From a virus (taxonomy: Duplodnaviria > Caudoviricetes): a stretch of DNA of 64,000 bases. Position numbers and translations under genes: made by a program. Where the stretch lies: the IMG/VR virus record IMGVR_UViG_642555159_000003, positions 25,885 through 89,884 of that record, one strand, 5' to 3'. A model generated the notes under the pieces. It made no database searches. It saw nothing but the letters and a program-made list of their open reading frames with translations, and was not told where the DNA came from. This document shows positions 44,373-55,250 of the stretch, piece by piece. Each line of letters begins with the position of its first letter. The first letter of the stretch is position 1.

Positions 44373-45904
44373 ATTTTCTGGATAAAGCGATTGGCGTGCT
44401 GGCTCCGGGGTGGGGCGCGTCCCGTCTGCGTTCCAGGATGGCTATCCGGGCGTATGAAGCCATCACACCCACGCGTACCCACAGGGTGAAGCGTGAAAAC
44501 CGCAGCGGGGACCAGCTTATCCAGCTGGCCGGAAAGTCGCTGCGGGAGCAGGCCCGGTGGTTTGACAACAACCACGACCTGGTGATTGGCGCGCTGGACA
44601 AAATGGAAGAGCGCATCATTGGCGCGAAGGGGATCATCGTGGAACCCCAGCCCCTGACGGGGGCCGGTACGCTGAATTCTGTGCTGGCAGAAAAAATCCG
44701 CCGGTGCTGGGCGGAATGGTCGGTTTCGCCGGAGGTGACCGGGCAGTACACCCGTCCCGTTCTGGAAAGGCTGATGCTGCGCACCTGGCTGCGTGACGGA
44801 GAGGTGTTCACTCAGGTGCTGACCGGAAAAATCAGCGGGCTGTCTCCTGTGGCGGGGGTGCCTTTCTGGCTTGAGGCGCTGGAGCCGGACTATATCCCGC
44901 TGGAGAAGACCGACAACAGCAGCAACCTGGTACAGGGGATTTACTTCAACGAGTGGCGGCGTCCGGTGAAATATCTGGTCTGCCAGTCCTGGCCTGGGGC
45001 GGGCGCTGCGGCAGTCGCCGTTAAAGAGGTGACTGCGGAAAATATGCTGCATCTGCGCTTTACCCGCCGTCTTAATCAGGCGCGCGGCGCTTCTCTTCTT
45101 GCCCCCGTCATCATTCGTCTGATGGACCTGAAAGAGTACGAGGACAGCGAGCGCATCGCGGCGCGGATTGCCGCGTCTCTCGGCATGTTCATCAAAAAGC
45201 AGGATGTCGGCACCGACGGCTATGTGGCGCCGGAGAAACGTAAAGAGACACAAATCCAGCCCGGCATGTTGTTTGACGGTCTGAATCCCGGGGAGGATAT
45301 CGGGATGATCAAATCAGACCGCCCGAATGCGGGTCTGGAATCTTTCCGGATGGGGCAGCTTCGTGCGGTGGCCGCCGGACTGCGCGGCAGCTTCTCTTCC
45401 ATTGCCAGAAACTATGACGGCACCTACAGCGCTCAGCGTCAGGAGCTGGTGGAGGCGCAGGAGGGGTACAGCATCCTTCAGGACAGCTTTATTGCTGCCT
45501 TTACCCGTCCTCTCTACCGGCGCTGGCTGGCTGCTGCGGTGGCTTCCGGTGCCATTGAGGTACCTGCCGGCACGGATATGTCATCGCTGTTTAATGCGGT
45601 GTATTCCGGGCCTGTCATGCCGTGGATTGACCCGCTCAAAGAGGCTAACGCCTGGCGGGTGCTGATACGTGGCGGGGCCGCAACAGAAGGTGACTGGGTG
45701 AGGGCCAGAGGGGGCGCACCTGCCGACGTGAAACGCCGCCGCAAGGCGGAAACTGATGAAAACCGTAAGCTGGGGCTGGTGTTTGACACCGATCCGGCGC
45801 ATGAAACCGGAGAACGATCCGATGTTAAAGAGGAAAAAAAGGACCCTGAACAGTCCACCCAGGGCGATGGCAGCCGCGCGCGGGAAGAACGAAAGCGGCG
45901 CTGA
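44369..45904 (+). CDS. Portal protein (lambda family)
   Basis: LRDGEVF, YSAQRQELVE, PWIDPLKE motifs. Confidence 0.95.
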   Translation: MNFLDKAIGVLAPGWGASRLRSRMAIRAYEAITPTRTHRVKRENRSGDQLIQLAGKSLREQARWFDNNHDLVIGALDKMEERIIGAKGIIVEPQPLTGAGTLNSVLAEKIRRCWAEWSVSPEVTGQYTRPVLERLMLRTWLRDGEVFTQVLTGKISGLSPVAGVPFWLEALEPDYIPLEKTDNSSNLVQGIYFNEWRRPVKYLVCQSWPGAGAAAVAVKEVTAENMLHLRFTRRLNQARGASLLAPVIIRLMDLKEYEDSERIAARIAASLGMFIKKQDVGTDGYVAPEKRKETQIQPGMLFDGLNPGEDIGMIKSDRPNAGLESFRMGQLRAVAAGLRGSFSSIARNYDGTYSAQRQELVEAQEGYSILQDSFIAAFTRPLYRRWLAAAVASGAIEVPAGTDMSSLFNAVYSGPVMPWIDPLKEANAWRVLIRGGAATEGDWVRARGGAPADVKRRRKAETDENRKLGLVFDTDPAHETGERSDVKEEKKDPEQSTQGDGSRAREERKRR

Positions 45905-47936
45905 ATCCTGGTACACCATCCGCGCGGCGGCGAATAACGCGGCCGATATCAGTATTTACGATGAAATTGGTGGCTGGGGAATTTCGGCGCACTGGTTTGC
46001 CGAAGAGCTGGTGGCCCTGGGGAGTATCACGCAGATCAACCTGCATATTCATTCCCCGGGTGGCAGTATTTTCGACGGGCTGGCCATTTACAATCTGCTG
46101 AAAAATCACCCGGCGAGAAAAGTGGTGTATGTGGACGGTGTGGCCTGTTCGATGGCGTCGGTCATCGCGATGGTGGGCGACCCCGTCATCATGCCGGAAA
46201 ACGCGATGATGATGATCCACCGCCCACGCGGTATTGCCGGTGGTGAGTCCTCTGATATCCGCGACTATGCCGATCTGCTCGACAAGATGGAAAGCGTCAT
46301 CATCCCGATTTACGCCGAAAAAACGGGGAAGTCACCGGACGATATTGCCGCGCTGCTCGCCAGTGAGACCTGGATGAGTGGTGCCGAGTGTGTCCGGGAA
46401 GGCTTTGCCGACAAAGTTATTCAGCCCGTCCGGGCAATGGCTCAGCTGTATTCAAAACGACTTGAGGAATTTGAACATATGCCACAGAACGTCAAAAACA
46501 TGATTATTGCCCCCCAGGGTAACGCCGGGACACTGACGCAGCCGGAGCCGCAGGCCATCGTGACCCCGCCGCCGGTGGCGGTCACCACACCGTCGCCACA
46601 ACCTGCTACCACTGCTCCGGGGACGGATGAAATCACCCTGCGCGCCCGTTTTCAGGAAGAGCAGCGACAGCGTATCAGCGGGATCCAGAATGTGTTTGGT
46701 ATGTTCGGTAACCGCCACGGCGAGCTGATGGCGCAGTGCATTGCGGATGTGGACTGCAATGTGGACGCGGCGAAAGACAAACTACTGGAGGCACTGGGCA
46801 GGGGGGTGACACCCACCAATACGCTGGGCGGGACGCAGAACACACATAATCCGATGCTCTCCCATATCTATGCGGGCAACGGTAACTTTGCCGGGGACGG
46901 CATCCGGGCTTCCCTGATGGCACGGGCGGGGTTTGAAAGCAGCCAGGCCGATAACCCGTATAACGCCATGACCATGCGGGAACTGGCGCGTATGTCACTG
47001 ACCGAACGTGGCGTGGGTGTCTCGACACTCAATCCGATGCAGATGGTCGGGATGGCGTTCACGCACAGCACCTCAGATTTCGGCAATATTCTGCTGGATG
47101 TGGCGAACAAGGCCATTCTTCAGGGCTGGGAGGAAGCCCCGGAAACCTACGAACAGTGGACGCGCAAAGGCCAGCTTTCTGACTTTAAAACGGCACACCG
47201 TGTGGGTATGGGGGGCTTTAATGCCCTGCGTCAGGTGCGCGAAGGGGCGGAATATAAGTACGTCACCACCGGGGACAAACAGGCCACCATTGCTCTGGCA
47301 ACCTACGGGGAACTGTTCAGCATCACCCGTCAGGCCATCATTAACGACGATCTGAACATGCTGACCGATGTCCCGATGAAGCTGGGGCGGGCAGCGAAGT
47401 CCACCATTGCCGATCTGGTTTATGCCATTCTGACCGCCAACCCGAAAATGTCCACGGACAACGTGAACCTGTTCGACAAGGCGAAACACGCGAACGTACT
47501 GGAAGGGGCGCTGATGGATGTGGCATCACTGGATAAAGCCCGCCAGCTGATGCGCACCCAGAAAGAAGGTGAGCGTCACCTGAATATTCGTCCGGCATTC
47601 GTGCTGGTGCCGACAGCACTGGAGTCCGTCACTAACCAGGTGATCAGATCCACGAGTGTGAAAGGCGCGGACATTAACGCCGGCATTATTAACCCGGTGA
47701 AAGATTTTGCGACCGTCATCGCCGAGCCGCGTCTGGACGATAACAGCCAGTCCACCTTTTATCTGGCTGCCGCCAAAGGCACTGACACGATTGAAGTGGC
47801 TTATCTCAATGGTGTGGATACACCGTATATCGATCAGCAGGACGGTTTCAGCGTCGACGGCGTGACCACCAAAGTGCGTATCGATGCCGGGGTGGCGCCG
47901 GTCGATCACCGCGGTCTGGTGAAGTGTTCCGCGTAA
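45822..47936 (+). CDS. ClpP-like protease - major capsid fusion protein (start uncertain)
   Basis: HIHSPGGSIF, ACSMAS, MMIH, ETWMSG (ClpP) followed by capsid domain HSTSDF...YGELFSITRQAIINDD. Confidence 0.9.
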   Translation: MLKRKKRTLNSPPRAMAAARGKNESGAESWYTIRAAANNAADISIYDEIGGWGISAHWFAEELVALGSITQINLHIHSPGGSIFDGLAIYNLLKNHPARKVVYVDGVACSMASVIAMVGDPVIMPENAMMMIHRPRGIAGGESSDIRDYADLLDKMESVIIPIYAEKTGKSPDDIAALLASETWMSGAECVREGFADKVIQPVRAMAQLYSKRLEEFEHMPQNVKNMIIAPQGNAGTLTQPEPQAIVTPPPVAVTTPSPQPATTAPGTDEITLRARFQEEQRQRISGIQNVFGMFGNRHGELMAQCIADVDCNVDAAKDKLLEALGRGVTPTNTLGGTQNTHNPMLSHIYAGNGNFAGDGIRASLMARAGFESSQADNPYNAMTMRELARMSLTERGVGVSTLNPMQMVGMAFTHSTSDFGNILLDVANKAILQGWEEAPETYEQWTRKGQLSDFKTAHRVGMGGFNALRQVREGAEYKYVTTGDKQATIALATYGELFSITRQAIINDDLNMLTDVPMKLGRAAKSTIADLVYAILTANPKMSTDNVNLFDKAKHANVLEGALMDVASLDKARQLMRTQKEGERHLNIRPAFVLVPTALESVTNQVIRSTSVKGADINAGIINPVKDFATVIAEPRLDDNSQSTFYLAAAKGTDTIEVAYLNGVDTPYIDQQDGFSVDGVTTKVRIDAGVAPVDHRGLVKCSA

Positions 47937-48024
47937 CCACCCAAAATAACCATCCGAGTGGCCCGTCAGGGCTTTTTTTACGCCTGAAATCCGGGCATTC
48001 GTGACCGGACCGGAGAAAATCATT

Positions 48025-48348
48025 ATGGCAAAGAATTATGTACAGGCGGGCACCACGCTCGCCATTACGGCCACCGCTGCGGTAAAGAGTGGCGATCTGG
48101 TGCAGGCCGGCGATGTGTTCGTCGTCGCTGTCACCGATATTGCGGCAGGCGCCACCGGGGACGGCATCGCCCACGGCGTTTTCCTGGTCCCCAAACTGGC
48201 CACCGACGTGATGGCGGCGGGGAAAAAAGTGTATCTGAAAGACGGTAAGGTGCAGCTGGATGCGACGGGCGGACTGCCACTGGTGGGCGTGACCTGGGCG
48301 CCGGCGGCAAAAGGGGATGAGATTGTGCCGGTGCGGCTTAATGGCTAA
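48025..48348 (+). CDS. DUF2190-like capsid cement protein
   Basis: MAKNYVQAG... after capsid. Confidence 0.8.
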   Translation: MAKNYVQAGTTLAITATAAVKSGDLVQAGDVFVVAVTDIAAGATGDGIAHGVFLVPKLATDVMAAGKKVYLKDGKVQLDATGGLPLVGVTWAPAAKGDEIVPVRLNG

Positions 48349-48616
48349 TCCCTTTGATCGCCTGAGCACCAGGATGGACGAGGTGACGGCTGCCCGCTTC
48401 GGGCGGCCTGTCCTGATTGACGGGGCGGAGTATGTCGCTGCGGAGGCCACATTTCCGGCTGAACTGGGTGCGCTTTCCGGGGAGGGGACACACCTGATTG
48501 TGTTCAGCCCGCAGTACAGGCCCGCCAGAAAGCAGGCCGTGCTCTGGCAGGGGCAGGATTTTACCGTCACCCGCTGGCAGCGCGTCAACGGAAAATACCA
48601 GATTTCACTGGAGTGA
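48341..48616 (+). CDS. Head-tail joining protein
   Basis: MANPFDRL; position. Confidence 0.7.
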   Translation: MANPFDRLSTRMDEVTAARFGRPVLIDGAEYVAAEATFPAELGALSGEGTHLIVFSPQYRPARKQAVLWQGQDFTVTRWQRVNGKYQISLE

Positions 48617-48619
48617 ATC

Positions 48620-49204
48620 ATGTCTCTGAAGGGGCTGGAGAATGCCATTCGTAACCTGAACAGCCTGGACAGCCGTATGGTGCCGCAGGCCAGCGCCTGG
48701 GCAGTCAACCGCGTGGCGGCCTCGGCGGTGTCCGCCGCCACGCACCGCGTGGCGAAAGAGGTCGTGGCAGGTGATAACCAGAAGAAAGGGATCCCTTTCC
48801 GGCTGGTGAAACAGCGCGTCAGACTCTGGAAAGCGAGTGCGACAGGGAAAAACTATGCCCGTATCCGGGTGAACCGCGGCAACCTGCCCGCCATCAAACT
48901 TGGTACTGCCCAGGTCAGGCTGTCCCGGCGCGGCGGAAAGCTCCTGCGCCGTGGCAGCGTGCTGAAAATCGGCCCGTATCTGTTCCGGGATGCCTTTATT
49001 CAGCAACTGGCTAACGGGCGCTGGCATGTTATGCGACGCGTGAACGGCAAAAACCGCTACCCGATTGATGTCGTCAAAATCCCGCTGGTCACCCCACTGA
49101 CGCAGGCGTTTGAAACAGAGAAAAAACGCATGCTGGAGCAGGAGATGCCTAAACAACTGGTGTATGCGCTGAAACAACAACTGAGGTTGTATCTCACCCG
49201 ATGA
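48620..49204 (+). CDS. Minor tail protein Z
   Basis: Basic, NRGNLPAIKLG and RYPIDVVKIP motifs. Confidence 0.85.
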   Translation: MSLKGLENAIRNLNSLDSRMVPQASAWAVNRVAASAVSAATHRVAKEVVAGDNQKKGIPFRLVKQRVRLWKASATGKNYARIRVNRGNLPAIKLGTAQVRLSRRGGKLLRRGSVLKIGPYLFRDAFIQQLANGRWHVMRRVNGKNRYPIDVVKIPLVTPLTQAFETEKKRMLEQEMPKQLVYALKQQLRLYLTR

Positions 49205-49602
49205 ACAAACATACCCAAATCCGCCAGGCGATTCTGGCAGACCTGGAATCCCTGGCAGGTGAGACCGTCACGCTGTTCGATGGTCTGCCGGCATTTATTG
49301 AACCTGAAGACCTGCCAGCGCTGGCCGTCTGGCTGACCGATGCCCAGTATACCGGCGTCATGACCGATGAGAATGACTGGCAGGCAGTGCTCCATGTGGC
49401 GGTATTTCTGAAGGCACAGGCGCCGGATGCGGAGCTTGATACGTGGATGGAAGAAAAAATCTTTCCTGCGCTGGAAGAGGTCAATGGTCTGGAGCGCCTT
49501 ATCGATACGATGACGCCGCTGGGTTATGACTACCAGCGTGACAGCGAAATGGCAACGTGGGGGATGGCAGAAATTACTTACCGGATCACCTATATCAACT
49601 GA
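49201..49602 (+). CDS. Tail terminator protein U
   Basis: MNKHTQIRQAIL, LPALAVWLTDA motifs. Confidence 0.85.
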   Translation: MNKHTQIRQAILADLESLAGETVTLFDGLPAFIEPEDLPALAVWLTDAQYTGVMTDENDWQAVLHVAVFLKAQAPDAELDTWMEEKIFPALEEVNGLERLIDTMTPLGYDYQRDSEMATWGMAEITYRITYIN

Positions 49603-49609
49603 GGAGGAT

Positions 49610-50356
49610 ATGATGGGAACACCAAACCCGCTGGTAAAAACGAAAGGCGCCGGAACCACATTCTGGCTGTATACCGGCAGCGGCGATGCGTTTAAAAATC
49701 CACTGGCTGACGATGACTGGCTGCGACTGGCAGGTATTAAGGATCTGCAGCCCGGAGAAATGAGTGCAGATGCGGAAGACGATGACTATCTTGATGATGA
49801 AAATGCCGACTGGAAAAGCACTACGCAGGGGCAGAAAAGCGTCGGTGACACCACGGCCACGCTGGCCTGGAAACCCGGTGAGACCGGACAGAAAAAACTG
49901 GTTGAGCTGTTTGACACCGGCGAAGTTCGCGCCTTCCGTATCAGGTATCCTAACGGGACGGTTGATGTGTTCCGCGGCTGGCTGAGTTCACTGGGTAAAA
50001 CCGTGACGTCCAAAGAGGTGATGACACGCAGCGTAAAAATCACCGGCGTCGGGCGTCCTTCTCTTGCGGAGGAGGATACACCTGACGTAGTCAGCGTATC
50101 CGGCGTGACCGTTGCGCCGGCCAGTGCCACGGTGGCTGCCGGAGCCACCACCACGCTGACATTTACGGTAAAACCTGATAACGCGTCAGATAAAACGCTG
50201 CAGGTTGCGACCGCCGATCCGCTGATCGCCACCGTCACGCTGAAGGATAATGTGGCCACGGTTAAAGGCGTGAAGGCGGGCAGCGTGAATATTGTTGGCA
50301 TCAGCAGTGACGGCAGTCTTGTCGCGGTGGCAGCAGTGACAGTGACGGCGTCATAA
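49610..50356 (+). CDS. Major tail protein V with C-terminal Ig-like (Big2) domain
   Basis: KGAGTTFWLYTG...YPNGTVDVFRGW; VSGVTVAP...ATV C-terminal domain. Confidence 0.9.
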   Translation: MMGTPNPLVKTKGAGTTFWLYTGSGDAFKNPLADDDWLRLAGIKDLQPGEMSADAEDDDYLDDENADWKSTTQGQKSVGDTTATLAWKPGETGQKKLVELFDTGEVRAFRIRYPNGTVDVFRGWLSSLGKTVTSKEVMTRSVKITGVGRPSLAEEDTPDVVSVSGVTVAPASATVAAGATTTLTFTVKPDNASDKTLQVATADPLIATVTLKDNVATVKGVKAGSVNIVGISSDGSLVAVAAVTVTAS

Positions 50357-50406
50357 CCCTCTCTTATCAGTCCGCCCCGGTTCCGGGGCTTCTATGGAAA
50401 ATCATC

Positions 50407-50802
50407 ATGTTTCTCAATACAGACACCTTTAACTACGGTGGGCATTCCATCGTGCTCAGTGAGCTTTCTGCCCTGCAACGTGTGGATTATCTGAAGTTTA
50501 TTCAGCAGCGGACGGCAGACTATGACGCACAGCCTGAAACCCTGACGGAAGCAGAGCGTCAGACAGAATTTATGCAGATGGGGGTGGATATTAATGCATG
50601 GCTGGTATCCCGCTCCCTGTGTGAGAGCAAAAAAGAGGAGGAGGCCCGCGCCCTGTATGAGTCCGTCAGACTGGAATGGTCTTATGAGGCGCTGGGACGT
50701 GGCGCTGATATGGTTCTTTCCCTGAGTGGTATGCGTCTTCCGGCATCGCAGGAAGACGACAGCGGGAGTGAAAAGGACACGACCACGCCGGAAAAGTCCT
50801 GA
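50407..50802 (+). CDS. Tail assembly chaperone G
   Basis: MFLNTDTF...LSELSALQRVDYL. Confidence 0.85.
   Translation: MFLNTDTFNYGGHSIVLSELSALQRVDYLKFIQQRTADYDAQPETLTEAERQTEFMQMGVDINAWLVSRSLCESKKEEEARALYESVRLEWSYEALGRGADMVLSLSGMRLPASQEDDSGSEKDTTTPEKS
50790..50796 (+). other. -1 programmed frameshift site producing gpGT
   Basis: G GAA AAG before G stop; -1 frame reads KVLNRELAFVMRLAREF into T ORF as in lambda G-T. Confidence 0.75.
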
Positions 50803-50819
50803 ACCGGGAGCTGGCGTTT

Positions 50820-51137
50820 GTGATGCGGCTCGCGCGTGAGTTCCGGCGACCAGACTGGCGGCAGATGCTGGCGGAAATGAGTGCGACAGAGCTGGGTGAG
50901 TGGGCGGAGCATTTCGGGAAGAACAGCTTCAGTGACATGTTGCTGGATGCGGAGTTTGCAACGCTGAAATCGCTGATTTCCGGACTGGTTACAGGCACGC
51001 ATCACGATGCAGAAATGTTCAGCCTGATCACTGATCCTGAGTCGTTGCACGAAAAAACGGATGATGAACTGATGATCCTGGGCGAAGGTATTACCGGAGG
51101 TGTCCGCTATGGACCAGATAGCGAACCTGGTCATTGA
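50820..51137 (+). CDS. Tail assembly protein T (C-terminal part of gpGT)
   Basis: RPDWRQMLAEMSATELGEW. Confidence 0.85.
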   Translation: MMRLAREFRRPDWRQMLAEMSATELGEWAEHFGKNSFSDMLLDAEFATLKSLISGLVTGTHHDAEMFSLITDPESLHEKTDDELMILGEGITGGVRYGPDSEPGH

Positions 51138-54100
51138 TTTAAGTATCGACAGCGCAGAGTTCCGAAACGAAGTTCCGCGCATTAAAAAATTGCTGAACGA
51201 TGCGGCTGGTGACTCAGAACGTTCAGCGGCCCGGATGCAGCGTTTTCTGGATAAGCAGACGGAGGCGACGCGCCGGACGTCCGCCGGTCTGGAGCAGGTG
51301 ACTGCCAGCAGTACCGCGTACAGTTCCGCTGTGGAGAAAAGCGCAGCGGCCAGTACGCGTCTGGCGGCGGATGTGGATCAGACGCGACAGCGGGTGGAGG
51401 CACTGGGAAGGAAACTGCGTGAGGAACAGGCGCAGTCAGCGGCTGTGGCGGCAGCACAGGACAGGACAAGTGCTGCTTTTTACCGCCAGATTGACAGTGT
51501 AAAACAGTTAAGCGGTGGTCTGCAGGAGCTGCAGCGTATCCAGGCGCAGGTACGACAGGCGAAAGGACGCGGAGATATCTCACAGGGCGATTATCTGGCG
51601 CTGGTGTCTGAAACCGCCAGGAAGACCCGTGAGCTTACCGATGCCGAAGCGCTGGCCACGCAGAAAAAAGCACAGTTTATACGCCGCCTGAAAGAGCAGA
51701 CGACGGTACAGGGCCTCTCCCGTACTGAGCTGCTGCGGGTGAAGGCGGCTGAACTGGGTGTCAGCAGCGCCGCAGATATTTATATCCGTAAACTGGAGCG
51801 TACCGGAACTGCCACCCATACGCTAGGACTGAAAAGCGCCGCTGCCCGTCGTGAACTGGGCGTGCTGGCTGGTGAGCTGGCCCGTGGGAATTTCGGGGCA
51901 CTGCGGGGAAGTGGTATCACGCTCGCTAACCGCGCCGGGTGGATCGAGCAACTGATGTCTCCGAAGGGCATGATGCTCGGCGGGCTGGCTGGCGGCGTGG
52001 CTGCTGCTGTTTACGGGCTGGGTAAGGCCTACTATGAAGGAGCTAAAGAAAGCGAGGCGTTCAATAAACAGCTTATTCTGACCGGGAGTTATGCCGGAAA
52101 AACCACAGGCCAGCTTAATGCGATGGCGAAGTCGCTCGCCGGAAATGGCGTCACGCAGCACGACGCTGCAGGCGTGCTGGCACAGGTGGTCGGTAGCGGA
52201 GCGTTTACCGGGCAGGCAGTGGCAATGGTATCCCGTACCGCGACCAGAATGCAGGAAAACGTTGGACAATCAGTGGATGAAACCATCCGCCAGTTTAAAC
52301 GCCTGCGGGATGATCCGGTGAATGCGGCGAAAGAACTGGACAGGACACTGCATTTTCTGACCGCCACCCAGCTTGAACAAATCAGGGTACTGGGCGAGCA
52401 GGGAAGAGTGGCTGATGCCGCGAAAATTGCCATGTCCGCGTATTCGGAAGAAATGAATAAGCGGATGGGGGACGTACACGACAATCTGGGCTGGATTGAA
52501 AGAGCATGGAATGCTGTCGGTGATGCGGCGAAGTGGGCATGGGATCGGATGCTGGATATCGGGCGGGAAGACACGCTCGATGAAAAGATCGCGACACTGC
52601 AGGAAAAAATCGCGCGCGGCAGAAAAACGCCCTGGACGGTGTCTTCCTCCCAGACTGAATACGATCAGCAGCAGCTGAACGAACTTCAGGAACAGAAACG
52701 CCAGAAGGACCTGCTGGATGCGAAGGCGCAGGCAGAGCGTAATTATCAGGAAACGCAGAAACGTCGGAACGAGCAGAACGCCGCGCTGAACCGGGATAAT
52801 GAAACTGAATCCCTGCGGCACCAACGGGAGGTGGCGCGCATTACCGCCATGCAGTATGCCGATGCTGCTGTACGCAATGCCGCACTGGAGCGTGAAAATG
52901 AACGTCATAAAAAGGCGTTGTCACAACAGGCGAAAAAGCCAAAGACTTACCACAACGACGAGGCCAGGCGACTGCTTTTGCAGTACAGCCAGCAACAGGC
53001 GCAGACTGAAGGGCAGCTTGCCGCCGCGAAGCTTTCCACGACCGAAAAAATGACGGAAGCGCATAAGCAGCTTTTGTCATTTCAGCAGCGCATCGCTGAT
53101 TTGTCCGGTAAAAAACTGACGGCGGATGAACAAAGCGTACTGGCACATAAGGATGAAATCGCGCTTGCGCTACAGAAGCTGGATATCTCACAACAGGATT
53201 TGCAACACCAGAATGCCCTTAATGAACTGAAGAAAAAGACGCTCACATTGACCAGCCAGCTCGCTGACGAAGAATCCCGCGTCAGGCAACAGCACGCAAT
53301 GGCGCTGGCCACAATGGGTATGGGCGATCAGCAACGTGGCCGATACGAAGAGCGTCTGAAAATTCAGCAGCACTACCAGGAACAACTGGAGCAGCTTAAA
53401 CGCGACAGCAAGGCAAAAGGGACATACGGTTCTGACGAATATCGTCAGGCGGAGCAGGCGCTGAAGGGCAGTCTCGATCGCCGGCTGGCTGAGTGGGCGG
53501 ATTACAATGCGAAAGTTGACGCTGCGCAGGGAGACTGGACGCTGGGGGCGTCGCGGGCGCTGGATAACTTTCTGGCGCAGGGCGGCAATGTGGCAGGCAT
53601 GACGGAGAACGTTTTCACAAACGCATTTAACGGCATGGCGGACAGTATCGCGAATTTTGCCGTGACCGGAAAGGGCAGTTTCCGGAGCCTGACGGTCTCC
53701 ATCCTGGCTGACCTTGCAAAAATGGAGGCACGTATTGCGGCTTCTAAACTGTTGGGTTCAGTGCTGGCAATGTTCGGCTTTGGCACATCGGCAGGCGGCA
53801 GTACACCATCAGGGGCATACAGTTCTGCGGCGCTGTCGGTTATTCCGAATGCGGACGGCGGCGTGTACCGTTCGGCAGGACTCAGCCAGTACAGCGGCAG
53901 CATTGTTAATCGCCCGACATTTTTTGCTTTTGCCAAAGGTGCCGGGGTGATGGGCGAGGCAGGACCGGAGGCAATATTACCACTTCGTCGTGGTGCTGAC
54001 GGTAAGCTGGGTGTCGTGGCAGCCGGTTCAGGAGGGATGGCGATGTTTGCGCCTGAGTACAACATTGAAATCCACAACGACGCCGGCAACGGACAGATTG

Positions 54101-54204
54101 GTCCGCAGGCATTACAGGCCGTATATAACATTGGAAAAAAAGCCGCCATTGATTTCTGGCAACAGCAGTCGCGTGACGGGGGTATTGCCGGAGGAGGGCG
54201 ATAA
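51109..54204 (+). CDS. Tape measure protein H
   Basis: QIANLVIDL start; lambda-type TMP; C-terminal GEAGPEAILPL. Confidence 0.95.
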   Translation: MDQIANLVIDLSIDSAEFRNEVPRIKKLLNDAAGDSERSAARMQRFLDKQTEATRRTSAGLEQVTASSTAYSSAVEKSAAASTRLAADVDQTRQRVEALGRKLREEQAQSAAVAAAQDRTSAAFYRQIDSVKQLSGGLQELQRIQAQVRQAKGRGDISQGDYLALVSETARKTRELTDAEALATQKKAQFIRRLKEQTTVQGLSRTELLRVKAAELGVSSAADIYIRKLERTGTATHTLGLKSAAARRELGVLAGELARGNFGALRGSGITLANRAGWIEQLMSPKGMMLGGLAGGVAAAVYGLGKAYYEGAKESEAFNKQLILTGSYAGKTTGQLNAMAKSLAGNGVTQHDAAGVLAQVVGSGAFTGQAVAMVSRTATRMQENVGQSVDETIRQFKRLRDDPVNAAKELDRTLHFLTATQLEQIRVLGEQGRVADAAKIAMSAYSEEMNKRMGDVHDNLGWIERAWNAVGDAAKWAWDRMLDIGREDTLDEKIATLQEKIARGRKTPWTVSSSQTEYDQQQLNELQEQKRQKDLLDAKAQAERNYQETQKRRNEQNAALNRDNETESLRHQREVARITAMQYADAAVRNAALERENERHKKALSQQAKKPKTYHNDEARRLLLQYSQQQAQTEGQLAAAKLSTTEKMTEAHKQLLSFQQRIADLSGKKLTADEQSVLAHKDEIALALQKLDISQQDLQHQNALNELKKKTLTLTSQLADEESRVRQQHAMALATMGMGDQQRGRYEERLKIQQHYQEQLEQLKRDSKAKGTYGSDEYRQAEQALKGSLDRRLAEWADYNAKVDAAQGDWTLGASRALDNFLAQGGNVAGMTENVFTNAFNGMADSIANFAVTGKGSFRSLTVSILADLAKMEARIAASKLLGSVLAMFGFGTSAGGSTPSGAYSSAALSVIPNADGGVYRSAGLSQYSGSIVNRPTFFAFAKGAGVMGEAGPEAILPLRRGADGKLGVVAAGSGGMAMFAPEYNIEIHNDAGNGQIGPQALQAVYNIGKKAAIDFWQQQSRDGGIAGGGR

Positions 54205-54206
54205 CA

Positions 54207-54536
54207 ATGGAAACATTTAACTGGAAGATCCGCCCTGATATGACAGTGGAATCAGAACCAAAAGTCACCTCCATAAAACTGGGTGACGGGTATGAACAAC
54301 GGCGTCCAGCCGGGCTGAACAACCATCTGGCGAAGTATAACGTAACGGTCCGGATTCGTAAGGGAGAACATCAGAACCTTGAGGCATTTTTATCCCGCCA
54401 CGGTGGAGTGAAATCCTTTCTCTGGACGCCGCCTTATACCTGGACACAAATTCGGGTGATTTGCCGCAAATGGTCGATTAACGTTGGCTCTCTTTGGGTG
54501 ACTGTGACCACGACTTTTGAACAGGTTGTTATCTGA
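54207..54536 (+). CDS. Distal tail protein M
   Basis: KLGDGYEQR...FLWTPP. Confidence 0.9.
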   Translation: METFNWKIRPDMTVESEPKVTSIKLGDGYEQRRPAGLNNHLAKYNVTVRIRKGEHQNLEAFLSRHGGVKSFLWTPPYTWTQIRVICRKWSINVGSLWVTVTTTFEQVVI

Positions 54537-54542
54537 GGAGGA

Positions 54543-55244
54543 GTGATGCAGGACATTTCGCAGGATACGCTGAACGAATCCGCTAAACTGGCGCAGTCCG
54601 CCAGGATCACTTTGTGGGAAATCGATCTGACACAGTCTGGCGGTGATCGTTATTTTTTTTGTAACGAGGCAAATGAAAAGGGGGAGGCGGTTACCTGGCA
54701 GGGACGGAAATATGACGTTTATCCTGTAGACGGTTGCGGATTTGAAATGAACGGCAAAGGCGCAGCTGCGCGCCCGTCACTGAAGGTATCCAATCTTTAC
54801 GGTACGGTGACCGGAATGGTGGAGGATTTGCATAGCCTGGTTGGGGCGACGGTCATCCGCAGGATAGTATATGCCCGGTTTCTCGATGCCGTGAATTTTC
54901 AAAACGGCAACCAGGAGGCTGACCCGGAGCAGGAATCCGTAAGCCGATGGGTGATCGAGCAGTGCAGTGATCTGACGGCGGTAAGTGCGACATTTGTCCT
55001 GGCAACACCGACTGAAACGGACGGATGTGTCTTCCCCGGGCGAATTATGCTGGCCAATACCTGTACATGGATATACCGCTCTGACGAATGCGGTTATACG
55101 GGACCAGCTGTCGCAGATGAATTTGATAACCCTACCGCCGATCCGGCAAAAGATGCCTGCAGCCGCTGCGCCCGGGGATGCGCCCTGCGTAACAATACCG
55201 GAAACTTTGGCGGTTTCCTCTCCATTAATAAACTTTCACAGTAA
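54543..55244 (+). CDS. Tail tip protein L
   Basis: RFLDAVNF; CTWIYRSDEC Cys cluster. Confidence 0.92.
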   Translation: MMQDISQDTLNESAKLAQSARITLWEIDLTQSGGDRYFFCNEANEKGEAVTWQGRKYDVYPVDGCGFEMNGKGAAARPSLKVSNLYGTVTGMVEDLHSLVGATVIRRIVYARFLDAVNFQNGNQEADPEQESVSRWVIEQCSDLTAVSATFVLATPTETDGCVFPGRIMLANTCTWIYRSDECGYTGPAVADEFDNPTADPAKDACSRCARGCALRNNTGNFGGFLSINKLSQ

Positions 55245-55250
55245 ATCATC

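Noticed and set aside
44228-45253. Long minus-strand ORFs (also 57171..58367, 17527..18159, 48605..49180)
   Set aside because: Antisense shadows of well-supported structural genes in GC-rich coding DNA.
54536-54546. sodC/ail morons between tail M and L as in Gifsy-2/Fels-1
   Set aside because: M and L are adjacent here; no such genes are present.
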